Program-made: the position numbers and the translations under genes
The notes under the pieces: generated by a model
Database searches by the model: none
What the model saw: the letters and a program-made list of their open reading frames with translations, nothing else
What the model was told of the DNA's origin: nothing
Assembly: GCA_036004405.1 (NCBI GenBank)
Contig: DASYRM010000113.1
Span: 60,111 to 124,110, forward strand
Reading direction: 5' to 3'
DNA from: Vicinamibacterales bacterium
GTDB lineage: Bacteria > Acidobacteriota > Vicinamibacteria > Vicinamibacterales > UBA2999
Length of the DNA stretch: 64,000 bases
In this document: positions 1 to 10,452 of the stretch, one piece after another
Layout of the letters: every line of letters starts with the position of its first letter
Numbering within the stretch: the first letter of the stretch is position 1

Positions 1-87
1 ACGAGCCGGCGCCACGGCGCCCCCGCAGGGGCTCTTTCTGGTGCGAGTGGATTATGATTAAGTGCTTGTCTCTTCAAGGACTTTGCC

Positions 88-876
88 GTGCCACTCGATG
101 AATTGCTGGCGTGGATGCCCCAGGGGGATCCCGACGCGGCGCTGGCGCGGCAAGTCGCCTACGACCGGCTGCCGGCGCACATCGCCATCATCATGGACGG
201 CAACGGGCGGTGGGCGGCACAGCGCCACCTGCCGCGCGTCGAGGGGCACCGGGCCGGCATCGAAGCCGTGCGCGATACCGTCGAGTGCGCGGCACGGCTC
301 GGCATCAAGGTCCTGACGCTCTACGCGTTCTCGGTCGAGAACTGGAAGCGTCCCAAGTCTGAAGTCAGCACGTTGATGATGCTGCTCAAGCGCTATCTGC
401 GCTCGGAGCTGAGCACGCTGCTGCGCAACGACATCCGCTTCGGCGTCATCGGGCGGATCGAGGAGCTGGCGCCCGACATCCAGGCGGAGCTGCGCGAGGC
501 GATTGCCCGCACCGCCAGCAATCGCGGCATGCTCTTCAACATCGCCCTCAACTACGGCGGCCGCGCCGAGATCGTGGACGCCGCGCGACGCGCCATCGAG
601 TCTGGCCTCAGGCCCGAAGACCTCGACGAAACGCGCTTTGCGAGCTTCCTCTACACGGCCGGACAGCCCGATCCGGATCTGATGATCCGCACGAGCGGCG
701 AGATGCGCGTGAGCAACTACCTGCTCTGGCAGATCGCCTACGCCGAGATCTACGTGACCGACACGCTGTGGCCCGACTTCCGGCGCCGCCATCTGATCGA
801 GGCCGTGCTCGCCTACCAGAAACGCGAGCGCCGCTACGGCGGCATCCCCACGCCCGCGGCAGCGACCTCGCGCTGA
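88..876 (+). CDS. uppS: Undecaprenyl (isoprenyl) pyrophosphate synthase
   Basis: 262 aa. GTG start with an AAGGA Shine-Dalgarno 7 nt upstream. Conserved IIMDGNGRWA and cis-prenyltransferase motifs. Sits upstream of cdsA-dxr-rseP, the classic order. Confidence 0.9.
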   Translation: MPLDELLAWMPQGDPDAALARQVAYDRLPAHIAIIMDGNGRWAAQRHLPRVEGHRAGIEAVRDTVECAARLGIKVLTLYAFSVENWKRPKSEVSTLMMLLKRYLRSELSTLLRNDIRFGVIGRIEELAPDIQAELREAIARTASNRGMLFNIALNYGGRAEIVDAARRAIESGLRPEDLDETRFASFLYTAGQPDPDLMIRTSGEMRVSNYLLWQIAYAEIYVTDTLWPDFRRRHLIEAVLAYQKRERRYGGIPTPAAATSR

Positions 877-883
877 CGCCTGC

Positions 884-1657
884 ATGACTCGTCTCGTCAG
901 CGGCGTCGTCCTCGCGCTGGTCGCGGTGGCTGCGATCGTGTGGCTGCCGCTGGTAGCCCTGCGAGTTCTGGCGGCGGCGGTGGCCGCTGCGGCCGGCCTC
1001 GAGTACGCGGGCGCCGCCGGCGTGTCGCGCGACCTGAGCCGCGCCCTCATCGTCGTGATGGCCGCCATCACCTGCTGGTGGTTCGGCATGCCGGCGTTTG
1101 CGAGCGTGGCGGTGGTCACGGCCGTCGTCCTCGCGTGGCTGGCGGTTGAAGTGCTGCTCTTCGGTCACGACATCACACGCGCGGCGGTGGCGGTGGTCGG
1201 AGCTGCATATGTCGGCGGTCCGCTGGGGCTGCTGGTCGCCATCCACGCGCGCACCGGCTGGAAGGTGACGCTGCTGCTGATCGCGACGGTCGTCGTCAGC
1301 GACACGGCGCAGTACTACTCCGGCCGCGCGTTCGGCCGCCGGCCGCTGGCGCCGGTCGTGAGCCCGAAGAAGACGATCGAGGGGGCGATTGGCGGCCTGG
1401 TGGCCGCGGCGCTCTTCATGGCCATTGCGGGCGGGCGCATTCTGGTGGGAGAGGCGCCCGTGCCGCTCGCCGTCCTGGGCCTGTCCATGGCGGCCGTCGG
1501 CATCTGCGGCGATCTCTTCGAGTCGAGCCTGAAGCGCCGCGCCGGGCTCAAGGACAGCTCGTCATTGATTCCGGGGCACGGCGGGGTGCTCGATCGCATC
1601 GACGCGCTGCTGTTTGCCACGCCGCTGTTCTACTTGTTCCTGCGGGACCTGCCGTGA
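884..1657 (+). CDS. cdsA: Phosphatidate cytidylyltransferase
   Basis: 257 aa polytopic membrane protein. C-terminal KKTIEGAIGG ... GHGGVLDRIDAL signature of the CdsA family. Flanked by uppS and dxr. Confidence 0.88.
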   Translation: MTRLVSGVVLALVAVAAIVWLPLVALRVLAAAVAAAAGLEYAGAAGVSRDLSRALIVVMAAITCWWFGMPAFASVAVVTAVVLAWLAVEVLLFGHDITRAAVAVVGAAYVGGPLGLLVAIHARTGWKVTLLLIATVVVSDTAQYYSGRAFGRRPLAPVVSPKKTIEGAIGGLVAAALFMAIAGGRILVGEAPVPLAVLGLSMAAVGICGDLFESSLKRRAGLKDSSSLIPGHGGVLDRIDALLFATPLFYLFLRDLP

Positions 1658-2829
1658 GAACGCTCGCCATTCTCGGCTCGACGGGATCGATCGGGCGCAG
1701 CGCGCTGGCCGTGGTGGATGCGCACCCGTCACGCCTGCGGGTGGCCGCGCTGGCCGCCGGAGACAACGCGGCGCTGCTGGCCGAGCAGACGGCGCGCTAT
1801 CGGCCGGCGATGGTGGCGCTGGCCTCTGGCGATGCCGCGGATCGCTTCCGCGCCGCGGGTGGCGCTGCCGCGGAGCTCGTGTGCGGTTCCGACGGGCTCG
1901 TCGCGGTGGCCACCCATCCCGACGTGGATATCGTGTTGTGCGCGTCGTCGGGAACCGCGGCGCTCGATGCCGTGCTCGCCGCGATCGAGGCCGGCAAGAC
2001 CATCGCGCTCGCCAACAAGGAAGTGCTGGTCATGGCCGGCGCGCTCGTCACGAACGCGGCCCGCCGCAAGGGCGTGCCGATTTTGCCGGTGGACAGCGAG
2101 CACAACGCCATTCACCAGTGCCTGCACGGGCGGCCCACCAGCGAGATTCGCCGCCTGATCCTCACGGCCTCGGGCGGCCCGTTCCGCGATCTCACGCTGG
2201 AACAGCTGCAGGCCGTCAGCCCCGAGGCGGCGCTGCGCCATCCCACCTGGCAGATGGGGCGCAAGATCACCATCGACTCGGCCACGCTGATGAACAAGGG
2301 GCTGGAGGTCATCGAGGCCCACTGGCTGTTCGGGGTGCCCGGCGAGCGCATCGACGTAGTGGTGCATCCGCAGTCGATCGTCCACTCGATGGTGGAGCTG
2401 AGCGACGGGTCGGTGCTGGCCCAGCTCGGGGTCACCGACATGCGGCTGCCCATCCAGTACGCCTGCTCGTATCCCGAGCGCTGGGACGGGGCGCTGCCGC
2501 GGCTGGATCTGGCCAAGGCCGGCCGGCTCGAGTTCCACGAGCCGGCGCACGACCGCTTTCCCTGCCTGCGGCTGGCGTACCGTGCGCTACGAGAGGGCGG
2601 CACGGCGCCGGTGGTCCTGAACGCGGCCAACGAGGTGGCCGTGGCGTCTTTTCTCGAGGGACGGCTGGGGTTCACGTCCATTCCGCTCGTGATCGAGCGG
2701 ACGTTGAACGAGCACCAGGCCGAGTCCGTCCTGACACTCGAGCTCATCCGGCGTGTGGATGCCTGGGCTCACGAACGCGCCGGGGCCCTGGCCGCCCGCC
2801 CGGAGGGCGGGCAATTAGATACTGTGTAG
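1654..2829 (+). CDS. dxr: 1-deoxy-D-xylulose 5-phosphate reductoisomerase
   Basis: 391 aa. N-terminal LAILGSTGSIGRSAL NADPH-binding motif. Overlaps the cdsA stop by 4 nt (GTGA). Confidence 0.92.
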   Translation: MRTLAILGSTGSIGRSALAVVDAHPSRLRVAALAAGDNAALLAEQTARYRPAMVALASGDAADRFRAAGGAAAELVCGSDGLVAVATHPDVDIVLCASSGTAALDAVLAAIEAGKTIALANKEVLVMAGALVTNAARRKGVPILPVDSEHNAIHQCLHGRPTSEIRRLILTASGGPFRDLTLEQLQAVSPEAALRHPTWQMGRKITIDSATLMNKGLEVIEAHWLFGVPGERIDVVVHPQSIVHSMVELSDGSVLAQLGVTDMRLPIQYACSYPERWDGALPRLDLAKAGRLEFHEPAHDRFPCLRLAYRALREGGTAPVVLNAANEVAVASFLEGRLGFTSIPLVIERTLNEHQAESVLTLELIRRVDAWAHERAGALAARPEGGQLDTV

Positions 2830-2849
2830 CGAGGCGAAGCCTCGCTACA
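2825..2849. terminator. Perfect palindrome TGTAGCGAGGC-GAA-GCCTCGCTACA carrying the dxr stop codon (REP-like/terminator)
   Basis: 11-bp perfect inverted repeat with a 3-nt loop. The dxr TAG stop lies in the left arm. A related element is found after atpF. Confidence 0.6.
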
Positions 2850-2872
2850 ATTGATGGGTTGAGGATCCGCTC

Positions 2873-4192
2873 GTGACGACTCTCTTGTCGTTTCTCTTCG
2901 TGCTGGGCGTGCTTATCTTCGTGCACGAGCTCGGGCACTTTCTCGCCGCGCGCCGGCTGGGCGTGCGTGTGCTCACCTTCTCGCTTGGATTCGGGCCCAA
3001 GATCCTCAAATTCACGCGCGGCGACACCGAGTACTGCATCAGCGCGGTCCCGCTCGGCGGCTACGTGAAGATGGCGGGCGAGAGCCCGGACGATCCGCGA
3101 TCGGGCGCGCCAGACGAGTTCCTGTCGAAGACGAAGTGGGAGCGGTTTCAGGTCCTGATCATGGGGCCGGTGATGAACATCCTGCTGGCGGTCGTCGTGC
3201 TGGCGATCGTGCTGGCGCAGGGCGCCGAGGTGCCGGCCTACCTCGATCAGCCTCCGGTGGTGGGCGTCGTGGACGCGGGAAGTCCCGCCGAGCGCAGCGG
3301 CATCCGTGCCGGCGATCGCATCCTGACGGTGGGCGGCGAGCGCGTCGACACGTGGGACCACGCCGAGATCGCGGTGAAGATGCGTCCCAGCCGCACCATC
3401 CCGGTGACGGTCGAGCGTGCCGGACGCACCGTGGCGTTCGACGTACAGTCGACGAGCGAAGGGCGATGGGAGGCAGGCGCGATCGGTATCGCACCGATGA
3501 TCCGCCCCATGGCCAGAGCGCTCGAACGCGGCGACCCGGCCGACAAGGCCGGCATGAAACCCGGCGATGTCATTGTCGCGGTCAACGGCGCGCGCATGTC
3601 GTCCACGCAGGACCTCACGACGGCGATCCGCGGGAACGCCGAAAAGCCCATCGATCTGCTGATCAGCCGTAGCGGAGTCGAACAGCACCTTCCCGTCACG
3701 CCGATTCTCAAGGAAGACCGGGGCTGGATCGGGATCACGATCGTGGCCGAGACCCGGTCTTTCACGCCCGGTCCGTTCGAGGCAGTGCGCATGAGCGTGG
3801 TGCAGAACGCCACGTCGGGCGTGATGATCTTCAAGATTCTCGGCGGCCTCTTCACCGGGTCGACGTCGGTGCGCCAGCTTCAGGGCCCGGTGGGCATCGC
3901 GCAGCTGTCGGGCGAATCGGCGCAGGCAGGCTTCGTGCAGCTCCTGTCGCTGATGGCCGTCATCAGCCTCAACCTCGGCCTGCTGAACCTGATGCCGGTG
4001 CCGGTGCTCGACGGCGGTCACATCCTGATCATGGCGCTCGAAGGCGTGGCGCGCCGCGACTTCAGCATGGCGGTCAAGGAGAAGATGCTGCTCGCCGGCT
4101 TCGTCGTCCTGATGATGCTGATGGTGACCGTGATCTACAACGACCTCACCCGTATCACCTGGATCGAACGCCTCATGCCCTGGCGTAACTGA
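2873..4192 (+). CDS. rseP: RIP metalloprotease RseP (site-2 protease, M50 family) with PDZ domains
   Basis: 439 aa. HELGHFLAARRLGV HEXXH motif in the first TM helix. Internal PDZ-like regions and a C-terminal LDGG motif. Canonical position after dxr. Confidence 0.9.
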   Translation: MTTLLSFLFVLGVLIFVHELGHFLAARRLGVRVLTFSLGFGPKILKFTRGDTEYCISAVPLGGYVKMAGESPDDPRSGAPDEFLSKTKWERFQVLIMGPVMNILLAVVVLAIVLAQGAEVPAYLDQPPVVGVVDAGSPAERSGIRAGDRILTVGGERVDTWDHAEIAVKMRPSRTIPVTVERAGRTVAFDVQSTSEGRWEAGAIGIAPMIRPMARALERGDPADKAGMKPGDVIVAVNGARMSSTQDLTTAIRGNAEKPIDLLISRSGVEQHLPVTPILKEDRGWIGITIVAETRSFTPGPFEAVRMSVVQNATSGVMIFKILGGLFTGSTSVRQLQGPVGIAQLSGESAQAGFVQLLSLMAVISLNLGLLNLMPVPVLDGGHILIMALEGVARRDFSMAVKEKMLLAGFVVLMMLMVTVIYNDLTRITWIERLMPWRN

Positions 4193-4246
4193 CGGCGGCG
4201 CTGTGCGCCGCCGTGGCAGCATCTTTTTTGGCGCGCTTCGCGCGCC
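4193..4246 (+). terminator. Putative intrinsic terminator after rseP (GC hairpin, T6 run, second GC hairpin)
   Basis: CGGCGGCGC-TGT-GCGCCGCCG hairpin, then TTTTTT, then GGCGCGC-TTC-GCGCGCC. Coordinates approximate (within 2 nt). Confidence 0.5.
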
Positions 4247-4306
4247 GGCGAGTGGACGGCTGGGCTCGGCCCACGGCTTGCACTTCTCGTCCACAAGGAG
4301 GATTTC

Positions 4307-5233
4307 ATGAGCCTCGTCACTCGCGTCGCGTCGACCGCCGCGCTCTTGCTGGCGTTTGCGGCCTCGTCTCCTGCGCAATCCGGCCGCATTACCCAGGCCG
4401 ACGTGCAGAAGCTGCAAGACAGCGTGTATCTGGCCGAGCGCGACATCTCGACCCTGCGCTCCCGCGATTCGGCTCGCGCGTCGTCGCTGCAGACCGAGCT
4501 CGACGACCTCAGCGACGAGGTGATCTACCTGCGCGTGAAGCTGCGCAAGGAGCGGACGCTCGCGCAGAGCGAGTACAACGACGTGCAGACGCGGATCGAG
4601 GACGTGCGCTCGCGTGCGCGCGGCGATGGCCGCGTCTCGTCGGCGGTTCCGGCGCCGTCGGTTCGCCCCGTCGATCCGCCGGTGGCACCGGCGATTCAGA
4701 CCCCGCGTGCACCCGAGCGGCCGCGCGCGGCGGCCGCACGAGCCGAGATTCCGGCCAACACCGAGCTCGACGTCCGGCTGTCGAACATCCTCAACTCGGG
4801 TACCGCGCAGGTGGAGGACCGGTTCGAAGCTACCACCGCGGCCGACCTCATCATCGACGGCCGCACCCTGGTGCCGGCCGGTTCGGTGATGCGCGGCGTC
4901 GTGTCGTCGGTGCAGTCGGCGGGCCGCCTCAAGCGGAAGGCCGAGATGATGGTGACGTTCGATCAGCTCACCATCAACGGCCGCAGCTACCCGATTCGCG
5001 GCACCGTCACGCAGGCGATCGAAGGCGAGGGCGTGAAGGGCGATCTGCCGAAGGCCGGCGTCGGCGCCGGCGTGGGTGCGATCATCGGCGGCATCCTCGG
5101 CGGCTTCAAGGGGGCCATGGCCGGCGTCCTCATCGGCGGCGGCGGCACCATCGCGGCCACCGAGGGCAAGGAAGTAGAGCTCCCGCAGGGCACGGTCCTG
5201 CGCGTCCGGATCGAGTCGCCCGTTCCGCTGTAA
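4307..5233 (+). CDS. Secreted hypothetical protein with coiled-coil region and C-terminal glycine-zipper segment
   Basis: 308 aa. AAGGAGG Shine-Dalgarno. Signal peptide, charged coiled-coil stretch, Pro/Ala linker. C-terminal GVGAGVGAIIGGILGG...GGGG glycine-zipper-like stretch. Confidence 0.6.
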   Translation: MSLVTRVASTAALLLAFAASSPAQSGRITQADVQKLQDSVYLAERDISTLRSRDSARASSLQTELDDLSDEVIYLRVKLRKERTLAQSEYNDVQTRIEDVRSRARGDGRVSSAVPAPSVRPVDPPVAPAIQTPRAPERPRAAAARAEIPANTELDVRLSNILNSGTAQVEDRFEATTAADLIIDGRTLVPAGSVMRGVVSSVQSAGRLKRKAEMMVTFDQLTINGRSYPIRGTVTQAIEGEGVKGDLPKAGVGAGVGAIIGGILGGFKGAMAGVLIGGGGTIAATEGKEVELPQGTVLRVRIESPVPL

Positions 5234-5264
5234 CTGTCGTGGGGGCCGCCTGCGCCGTTTTCGT

Positions 5265-5290
5265 AGGGGCACATCTTTAGATGTGCCCGA
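5265..5290 (+). terminator. Hairpin GGGGCACATC-TTTA-GATGTGCCC between convergent genes
   Basis: Perfect 9-10 bp inverted repeat 30 nt after the stop of the 4307..5233 gene. Coordinates within 2 nt. Confidence 0.5.
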
Positions 5291-5617
5291 CCCCTGCCTC
5301 TGTTTCAGCGACGCCACGGCGTGGATGGGAGGCATGTGGGTCTCCGCGAGCCGCTTCTCGACGGCGCCGGAAACCGCTGCGACGGCACACCGGCCGCTGG
5401 CCGCGGGAATCGGGCTGCTCCCGCATCCCTCAGACCCCGCTGGTCCCCAACGCCGTCTCGCGGTTTCGCGCGGAGTCGATCGGCGCCGCTCGAACGCGGT
5501 CGCGGAGCACCCACATGCCTCCCCTTCGACTGCGCCGTGGTCCTGATCGTTCGCGTCGTGCGTGCTCTTAGTGGGACCCTGCTCCGTCGAATTCGCCCAC
5601 TCCGCCCACTACTCTGC

Positions 5618-6913
5618 TCACTCTGCCCTTTTGACGTCTTGCATCGCCTCGTGCGCTGCCGCCACGGTCTTCGTGACGTCGCGATCCGTGTGCGCCGCCG
5701 ACAGAAACCACGCCTCGAACTGCGACGGCGGCGGATAGATGCCGCGCTTCAACATCCCCTGGAAGAATGCCGCGTAGGCTTTCGTGTCGGATTTGAGCGC
5801 CGACTCGTAGTCGCGCACCGGCGTGCTGGTGAAGAACGGCGTCACCAGCGACCCGAAGGCGTTGGCCTGCAGCGGCACGCCGGCCGCGCGCGCGGCGTCG
5901 GCAAAGCCCGCGGCCAGCCGGGTGCCCCGGCGCGCGAGATCCTTGTACAGCTTCGGCGTGAGCCGCTGCAGCGCCCACAGGCCGGCGGTCATTGCCACCG
6001 GGTTCCCCGACAGCGTGCCCGCCTGATAGACCGGCCCCGCCGGCGACACCATCCGCATGATGTCGGCCCGGCCTCCGTAGGCGCCCACCGGCAGGCCGCC
6101 GCCGATGATCTTGCCGAGGCAGGTGAGGTCCGGGGTGATGCGGAACAGCTGCTGCGCGCCGCCCGGCGCGGCGCGGAAGCCCGAGATGACCTCGTCGAAG
6201 ACCAGCAGGATGCCGTGCTGCGAGCAGCGCGCGCGCAGTCCGTCCAGGAATCCGTCCGACGGCGCCACCAGCCCCATGTTGCCGGCAATCGGCTCCACCA
6301 TCACGGCGGCGATCTGGCCGGCTTGCCGCTCGAGGAGCGCATCCACCGAGGCCAGATCGTTGTAACGGGCGAGGAGCGTGTCGGCCACCACCGCCGCCGG
6401 CACGCCCGGGCTCGTGGGCGCGCCGAACGTCGTGGCGCCTGAGCCCGCCTTCACGAGAAACGCGTCGGCGTGGCCGTGGTAGCAGCCGGCGAACTTGACG
6501 ATCTGATTGCGGCCGGTGAACGCACGGGCCACGCGCGCGGCGCTCATGGCCGCCTCGGTGCCCGAGCTGACGAAGCGCACCATCTCCATCGACGGCATCA
6601 GCGCGCGCACGCGTTCGCCGAGCGTGTGCTCCAGCGCGGTGGGCGCCCCGTAGCTCGTGCCCCGCTTGACGGCGGCGGCAATCGCCTTGATCTGACCCGC
6701 GGGCGCGTGTCCGTGCAGCAGCGGCCCCCACGACATCACGTAGTCCAGGTAGCGGTTGCCGTCCACGTCCACGAGCGTCGCGCCGCGCGCGCGAGACACG
6801 AAGACGGGCGTGCCGCCGACCGCCTGGAAGGCGCGCACCGGGCTGCTGACGCCGCCGGGCAGCACCTTGGCGGCGCGCGTGTACAGGGACTTGCTCTTCT
6901 TGTAGCTGGGCAT
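5618..6913 (-). CDS. hemL: Glutamate-1-semialdehyde 2,1-aminomutase
   Basis: 432 aa after trimming a spurious 5' extension of the 644-aa ORF. Start MPSYKKSKSLY...VLPGGVSSPVRAF. PLP class-III aminotransferase fold. Last gene of the hem operon. Confidence 0.9.
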   Translation of the reverse strand: MPSYKKSKSLYTRAAKVLPGGVSSPVRAFQAVGGTPVFVSRARGATLVDVDGNRYLDYVMSWGPLLHGHAPAGQIKAIAAAVKRGTSYGAPTALEHTLGERVRALMPSMEMVRFVSSGTEAAMSAARVARAFTGRNQIVKFAGCYHGHADAFLVKAGSGATTFGAPTSPGVPAAVVADTLLARYNDLASVDALLERQAGQIAAVMVEPIAGNMGLVAPSDGFLDGLRARCSQHGILLVFDEVISGFRAAPGGAQQLFRITPDLTCLGKIIGGGLPVGAYGGRADIMRMVSPAGPVYQAGTLSGNPVAMTAGLWALQRLTPKLYKDLARRGTRLAAGFADAARAAGVPLQANAFGSLVTPFFTSTPVRDYESALKSDTKAYAAFFQGMLKRGIYPPPSQFEAWFLSAAHTDRDVTKTVAAAHEAMQDVKRAE

Positions 6914-6936
6914 GCGACGCGGTTCCGGGCGCGGGC

Positions 6937-7929
6937 CTACGCGAGCAGACGTGCCGCGTGTCGCGCGTAGTAGGTCACGATCAGGTCGGCGCCGGCCCGG
7001 CGGATGGCCGTCAGCGTTTCGAGGACGGCGCGGTCCTCGTCGATCCAGCCCCGCTCGGCAGCAGCCTTGATCATCGAGTACTCGCCGCTCACTTGATAGG
7101 CGGCCGTCGGTTGGCCGAAGCGGGTTTTTACCCGGGTCACGACATCGAGATAGGGGAGCGCCGGCTTCACCATGACGATGTCGGCGCCCTCGGCGAGGTC
7201 GATCTCCACCTCGCGCAGCGCCTCTTCGACGTTGGCGGGATCCATCTGGTGGCTGCGGCGGTCGCCGAACTGCGGCGTCGAATCGACAGCCTCGCGGAAC
7301 GGCCCGTAGAACCCGGAGCAGTACTTCACGGCGTGGGCGATGATGCCAACGTGGTCGAAGCCGCGCGCGTCGAGCGCGGTGCGGATGGCCGCCACGCGCC
7401 CGTCCATCATGTCCGACGGCACCACGAAGTCCACGCCGGCGGCGGCGTGCGAGAGCGCCGTGTCGACCAGTCGTTCCACTGTCGCGTCGTTCACGATCTC
7501 GTCGCCTTCGACGATGCCGCAGTGGCCGTGCGAGGTGTACTCGCACAGGCACACGTCGGTCGTGACCACCAGCGACGGGGCGGCGCGCTTGATGGCGCGA
7601 ATCGCCTCCTGCACCGGGGCGTCAGAGGCCGACGACTGCGAGCCCGCCGCGTCCTTGTGGCTCGGCAGGCCGAAGAGCATCACGGCGCGGATGCCGTCGT
7701 CGGCGGCGGCCTCGGCTTCGCGCACGGCTTCATCCACCGACAGCTGCGACACGCCCGGCATCGACGAAATCGGCCGGGTGACGCCGCGCCCCTCGCACAC
7801 GAACAGCGGGTAGACGAAGGAGTCGGCCGTGAGCCGCGTCTCGCGGACCAGCGAGCGGATGGCCTCGGTGCGGCGGAGCCGCCGGGGCCGGCGCGTCAGG
7901 TTCAGGCGGGTGGCAGCAGTGGTCGCCAT
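6937..7929 (-). CDS. hemB: Porphobilinogen synthase (delta-aminolevulinic acid dehydratase)
   Basis: 330 aa. N-terminal [19 protein letters not shown] motif. Active-site Lys region characteristic of the ALAD family. Confidence 0.9.
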   Translation of the reverse strand: MATTAATRLNLTRRPRRLRRTEAIRSLVRETRLTADSFVYPLFVCEGRGVTRPISSMPGVSQLSVDEAVREAEAAADDGIRAVMLFGLPSHKDAAGSQSSASDAPVQEAIRAIKRAAPSLVVTTDVCLCEYTSHGHCGIVEGDEIVNDATVERLVDTALSHAAAGVDFVVPSDMMDGRVAAIRTALDARGFDHVGIIAHAVKYCSGFYGPFREAVDSTPQFGDRRSHQMDPANVEEALREVEIDLAEGADIVMVKPALPYLDVVTRVKTRFGQPTAAYQVSGEYSMIKAAAERGWIDEDRAVLETLTAIRRAGADLIVTYYARHAARLLA

Positions 7930-7942
7930 ACTCTGGATCCTG

Positions 7943-9487
7943 TCACGAAGCGGCGCGCTGCGCGACCACGTGGGCCCGGATGGCCTCGACGAGCGCCGGC
8001 ACCGTATAGGTGGTGGGCTGCACCGACGTCTCGATGCCGAGCCGCGCCGCCGCTTCCGCGGTCACCGGGCCGATGGCGGCGACGATCGTCTTTCGCAAGA
8101 GGTCGGCGGCCTGCTCGGGGCCGAGCACCTTCGTGAAGTTGCGGACGGCCGAGGCGCTGGTGAACGTGACCACCTGGATCTCACCGTCGAGCAGCATCCG
8201 GTAGATGTCGGGCCCGCCGTTGCTGTGCGGGTCGTCGAGCACGTTGCGGTAGGCCACGACGTCGGTGACGAGCGCCCCCGCCTCGCGCAGCTGCTCGGCG
8301 ATGACCTCGCGGCCGATGTCGGCCCGGGGCAGCAGCACGCGCACCGCGTCGAGCGAGCCGCGCGTCTTGAGCGCGCTCACGACGGCGTCGGCCTTGAACT
8401 CGGGCGGCATGAGATCGACCTTGATGCCGTACTTGGCAAGCTGCTCGGCGGTGGCCGATCCGATCGCGCAGAGCTGCGGCCCCTTCAGCGAGCGGACGTC
8501 GCCGCCGGTCTCGAGCACCGCGGTCATCAACGAGTCCACCGCGTTGGCGCTCGTGAACACGACCCAGTCGAACACGTCGAGCTGCCCGGCGGCACGCAGC
8601 AGCGGCGTGCGATCGTCCGGCGGCAGGATGCGGATCATCGGCGCCTCGATGGGATCGGCGCCGAGGGCGGCGAGTTGATCGGAGAGCTCCGCCGCCTGCT
8701 CCTTGGCGCGCGTCACCAGGATCTTCAACCCGAAGAGCGGCTTGGCGTCGTACCAGCGCAGGTGCTCGCGCAAGCCGGCGACGCGGCCGACGATCAGGAT
8801 GGCCGCCTCGCGCTTCGGGCGGGCCTTGACGAGCGTCGCCAGCTCGCTCAGCGTGCCGCTTAGCGTTTCCTGCGCCGGCAGCGTGCCGCGATAGACGACG
8901 GCGGCCTGTCCGTCTTCGGGCCAGCCGTTGTCCTGCAACGCCTCGAGAATCAGCGGCAGCTGCTGCGCGCCGGCGTAGCAGACGACGGTGCCTTCGAGCC
9001 GCGCCAGCCCCGACCAGTCGATGTCGGGCGGCGTGCGGCTGGCGTCCTCGAATCCACGCACCAGCGTGATGGTGTCGCCGCCCCCCGGGTAGCTGACGGG
9101 CACGCCGGCGTAGGCCGGCACGCCGATCCCCGCGGGCACACCCGGCACGACCTCGAACGGCACGCCGTGCTCCTGCAGGAACAGCGCTTCTTCGCCGCCG
9201 TGGTCGAAGACGAAGGGGTCGCCCCACTTGAGGCGCGCCACGGTTTTGCCCTCGCGCGCCTTCTCGGCAATGAGGTAGCTGATGGCCTGCTGCGCCATGG
9301 GCTGCGGCGCCGACGCACCGACGTCGATGAGCTCGGCGCCCCGCCGCGCGTAGAGCAGCAGCCGCGGCGACACAAGATGGTCGTAGATGACCACGTCGGC
9401 CCGCTGCAGACTGGCGAGCCCGTGCACCGTGATGAGGCCCGGGTCCCCAGGGCCCGCGCCGATGAGCGAAACCGCCGCCTGTTTCAT
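7943..9487 (-). CDS. Bifunctional uroporphyrinogen-III C-methyltransferase / uroporphyrinogen-III synthase fusion
   Basis: 514 aa. N-terminal SUMT domain ([14 protein letters not shown], tetrapyrrole methylase) fused to a C-terminal HemD-like domain. Overlaps hemC by 4 nt. Confidence 0.85.
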   Translation of the reverse strand: MKQAAVSLIGAGPGDPGLITVHGLASLQRADVVIYDHLVSPRLLLYARRGAELIDVGASAPQPMAQQAISYLIAEKAREGKTVARLKWGDPFVFDHGGEEALFLQEHGVPFEVVPGVPAGIGVPAYAGVPVSYPGGGDTITLVRGFEDASRTPPDIDWSGLARLEGTVVCYAGAQQLPLILEALQDNGWPEDGQAAVVYRGTLPAQETLSGTLSELATLVKARPKREAAILIVGRVAGLREHLRWYDAKPLFGLKILVTRAKEQAAELSDQLAALGADPIEAPMIRILPPDDRTPLLRAAGQLDVFDWVVFTSANAVDSLMTAVLETGGDVRSLKGPQLCAIGSATAEQLAKYGIKVDLMPPEFKADAVVSALKTRGSLDAVRVLLPRADIGREVIAEQLREAGALVTDVVAYRNVLDDPHSNGGPDIYRMLLDGEIQVVTFTSASAVRNFTKVLGPEQAADLLRKTIVAAIGPVTAEAAARLGIETSVQPTTYTVPALVEAIRAHVVAQRAAS

Positions 9488-10449
9488 GTTCGAGAGCTTC
9501 CGGCGTGATCCGTCGCGCGGATCCGCGACAGGATGTCGTCTGCGCCGCCGGCCAGCAGTCGCTCGGCTGCCTGCCGTCCGATCGCCGCGGCATCCGACCG
9601 CGGCCCGTCCGCAGTGGCGCGCGCCGCCCGGCTGCCGTCGGGCGCGATCACCACGCCGGCCAGCGTAATCCTATCGCCGCTGATGGTCGCGTGCGCGCCG
9701 ATCGGCATCTGGCAGCCACCGCCCAGGCCGGCCACCACCGCCCGCTCGGCGTGCAGCGCGTCCAGCGCGTCCCGGTCGCCGATGCGGTCGACAAGGCCGG
9801 CGGTGGCCGCGTCGTTCACGCGGATCTCCACCGCGACGATGCCCTGGCCGGGCGCCGGCACGCAGACGTCCGGGGGCACGAACGCCGAGATGCGCCCTGC
9901 CTGTTCGAGGCGGCGGAGCCCGGCGGCCGCCAGGACAATCGCGTCCACGTCGCCCTGATCGAGCTTGCGCAGCCGCGTGTCGAGGTTGCCTCGGAACGGC
10001 ACGAACTGGGCGTGCGGCAGGAGCGCGGTGAGCTGGGCGACCCGGCGGACGCTGCTCGTGCCCACGCGGGACGACGCGCCCAGCCGACGCACCGCGTCAT
10101 CGAAAGGCATCGACTCCGCGGGCGCGGGCAGCACCAGCGCGTCGCGCGGGTCCTCGCGCGGCAGCGTGGCGCGAACCTCGAGCCCGTCAGGGATCTGCGC
10201 CGGCATGTCCTTGCTGCTGTGCACGGCGAGGTCGATCGTGCCGGCGAGGAGCGCCTCTTCGATCTCCTTCACGAAGAGCCCCTTGCCGCCGATCTCCGAC
10301 AAGCGTGCGTCGGCCATGCGGTCGCCTGACGTCTTGATGACGACGATCTCGCAGTCGGTGCCGGTGCGCGCCTGCAGGAGCGCGGCCACGGTACGCGCCT
10401 GCACGAGCGCCAGCGCGCTGCCACGAGTTCCGAGTCGCAGGGTTGCCAT
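9484..10449 (-). CDS. hemC: Hydroxymethylbilane synthase (porphobilinogen deaminase)
   Basis: 321 aa. MATLRLGTRGSALALVQA N-terminus typical of HemC. Confidence 0.9.
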   Translation of the reverse strand: MATLRLGTRGSALALVQARTVAALLQARTGTDCEIVVIKTSGDRMADARLSEIGGKGLFVKEIEEALLAGTIDLAVHSSKDMPAQIPDGLEVRATLPREDPRDALVLPAPAESMPFDDAVRRLGASSRVGTSSVRRVAQLTALLPHAQFVPFRGNLDTRLRKLDQGDVDAIVLAAAGLRRLEQAGRISAFVPPDVCVPAPGQGIVAVEIRVNDAATAGLVDRIGDRDALDALHAERAVVAGLGGGCQMPIGAHATISGDRITLAGVVIAPDGSRAARATADGPRSDAAAIGRQAAERLLAGGADDILSRIRATDHAGSSRT

Positions 10450-10452
10450 CGA

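Noticed and set aside
5291-5617. About 330-nt non-coding stretch between convergent genes as a possible sRNA, RNase P or tmRNA gene
   Set aside because: No conserved RNase P, tmRNA, SRP or 6S signatures seen. Contains only a terminator hairpin and short CCCACT repeats. Left unannotated.
5321-6442. Numerous long Arg/Ala/Gly-rich ORFs on alternate frames and strands (e.g. 5321..6442, 1614..2876, 18242..19882, 8181..9593, 10187..11086)
   Set aside because: Typical shadow ORFs of high-GC DNA. Extreme Arg/Ala/Pro bias. They overlap well-supported genes with recognisable families on another frame.
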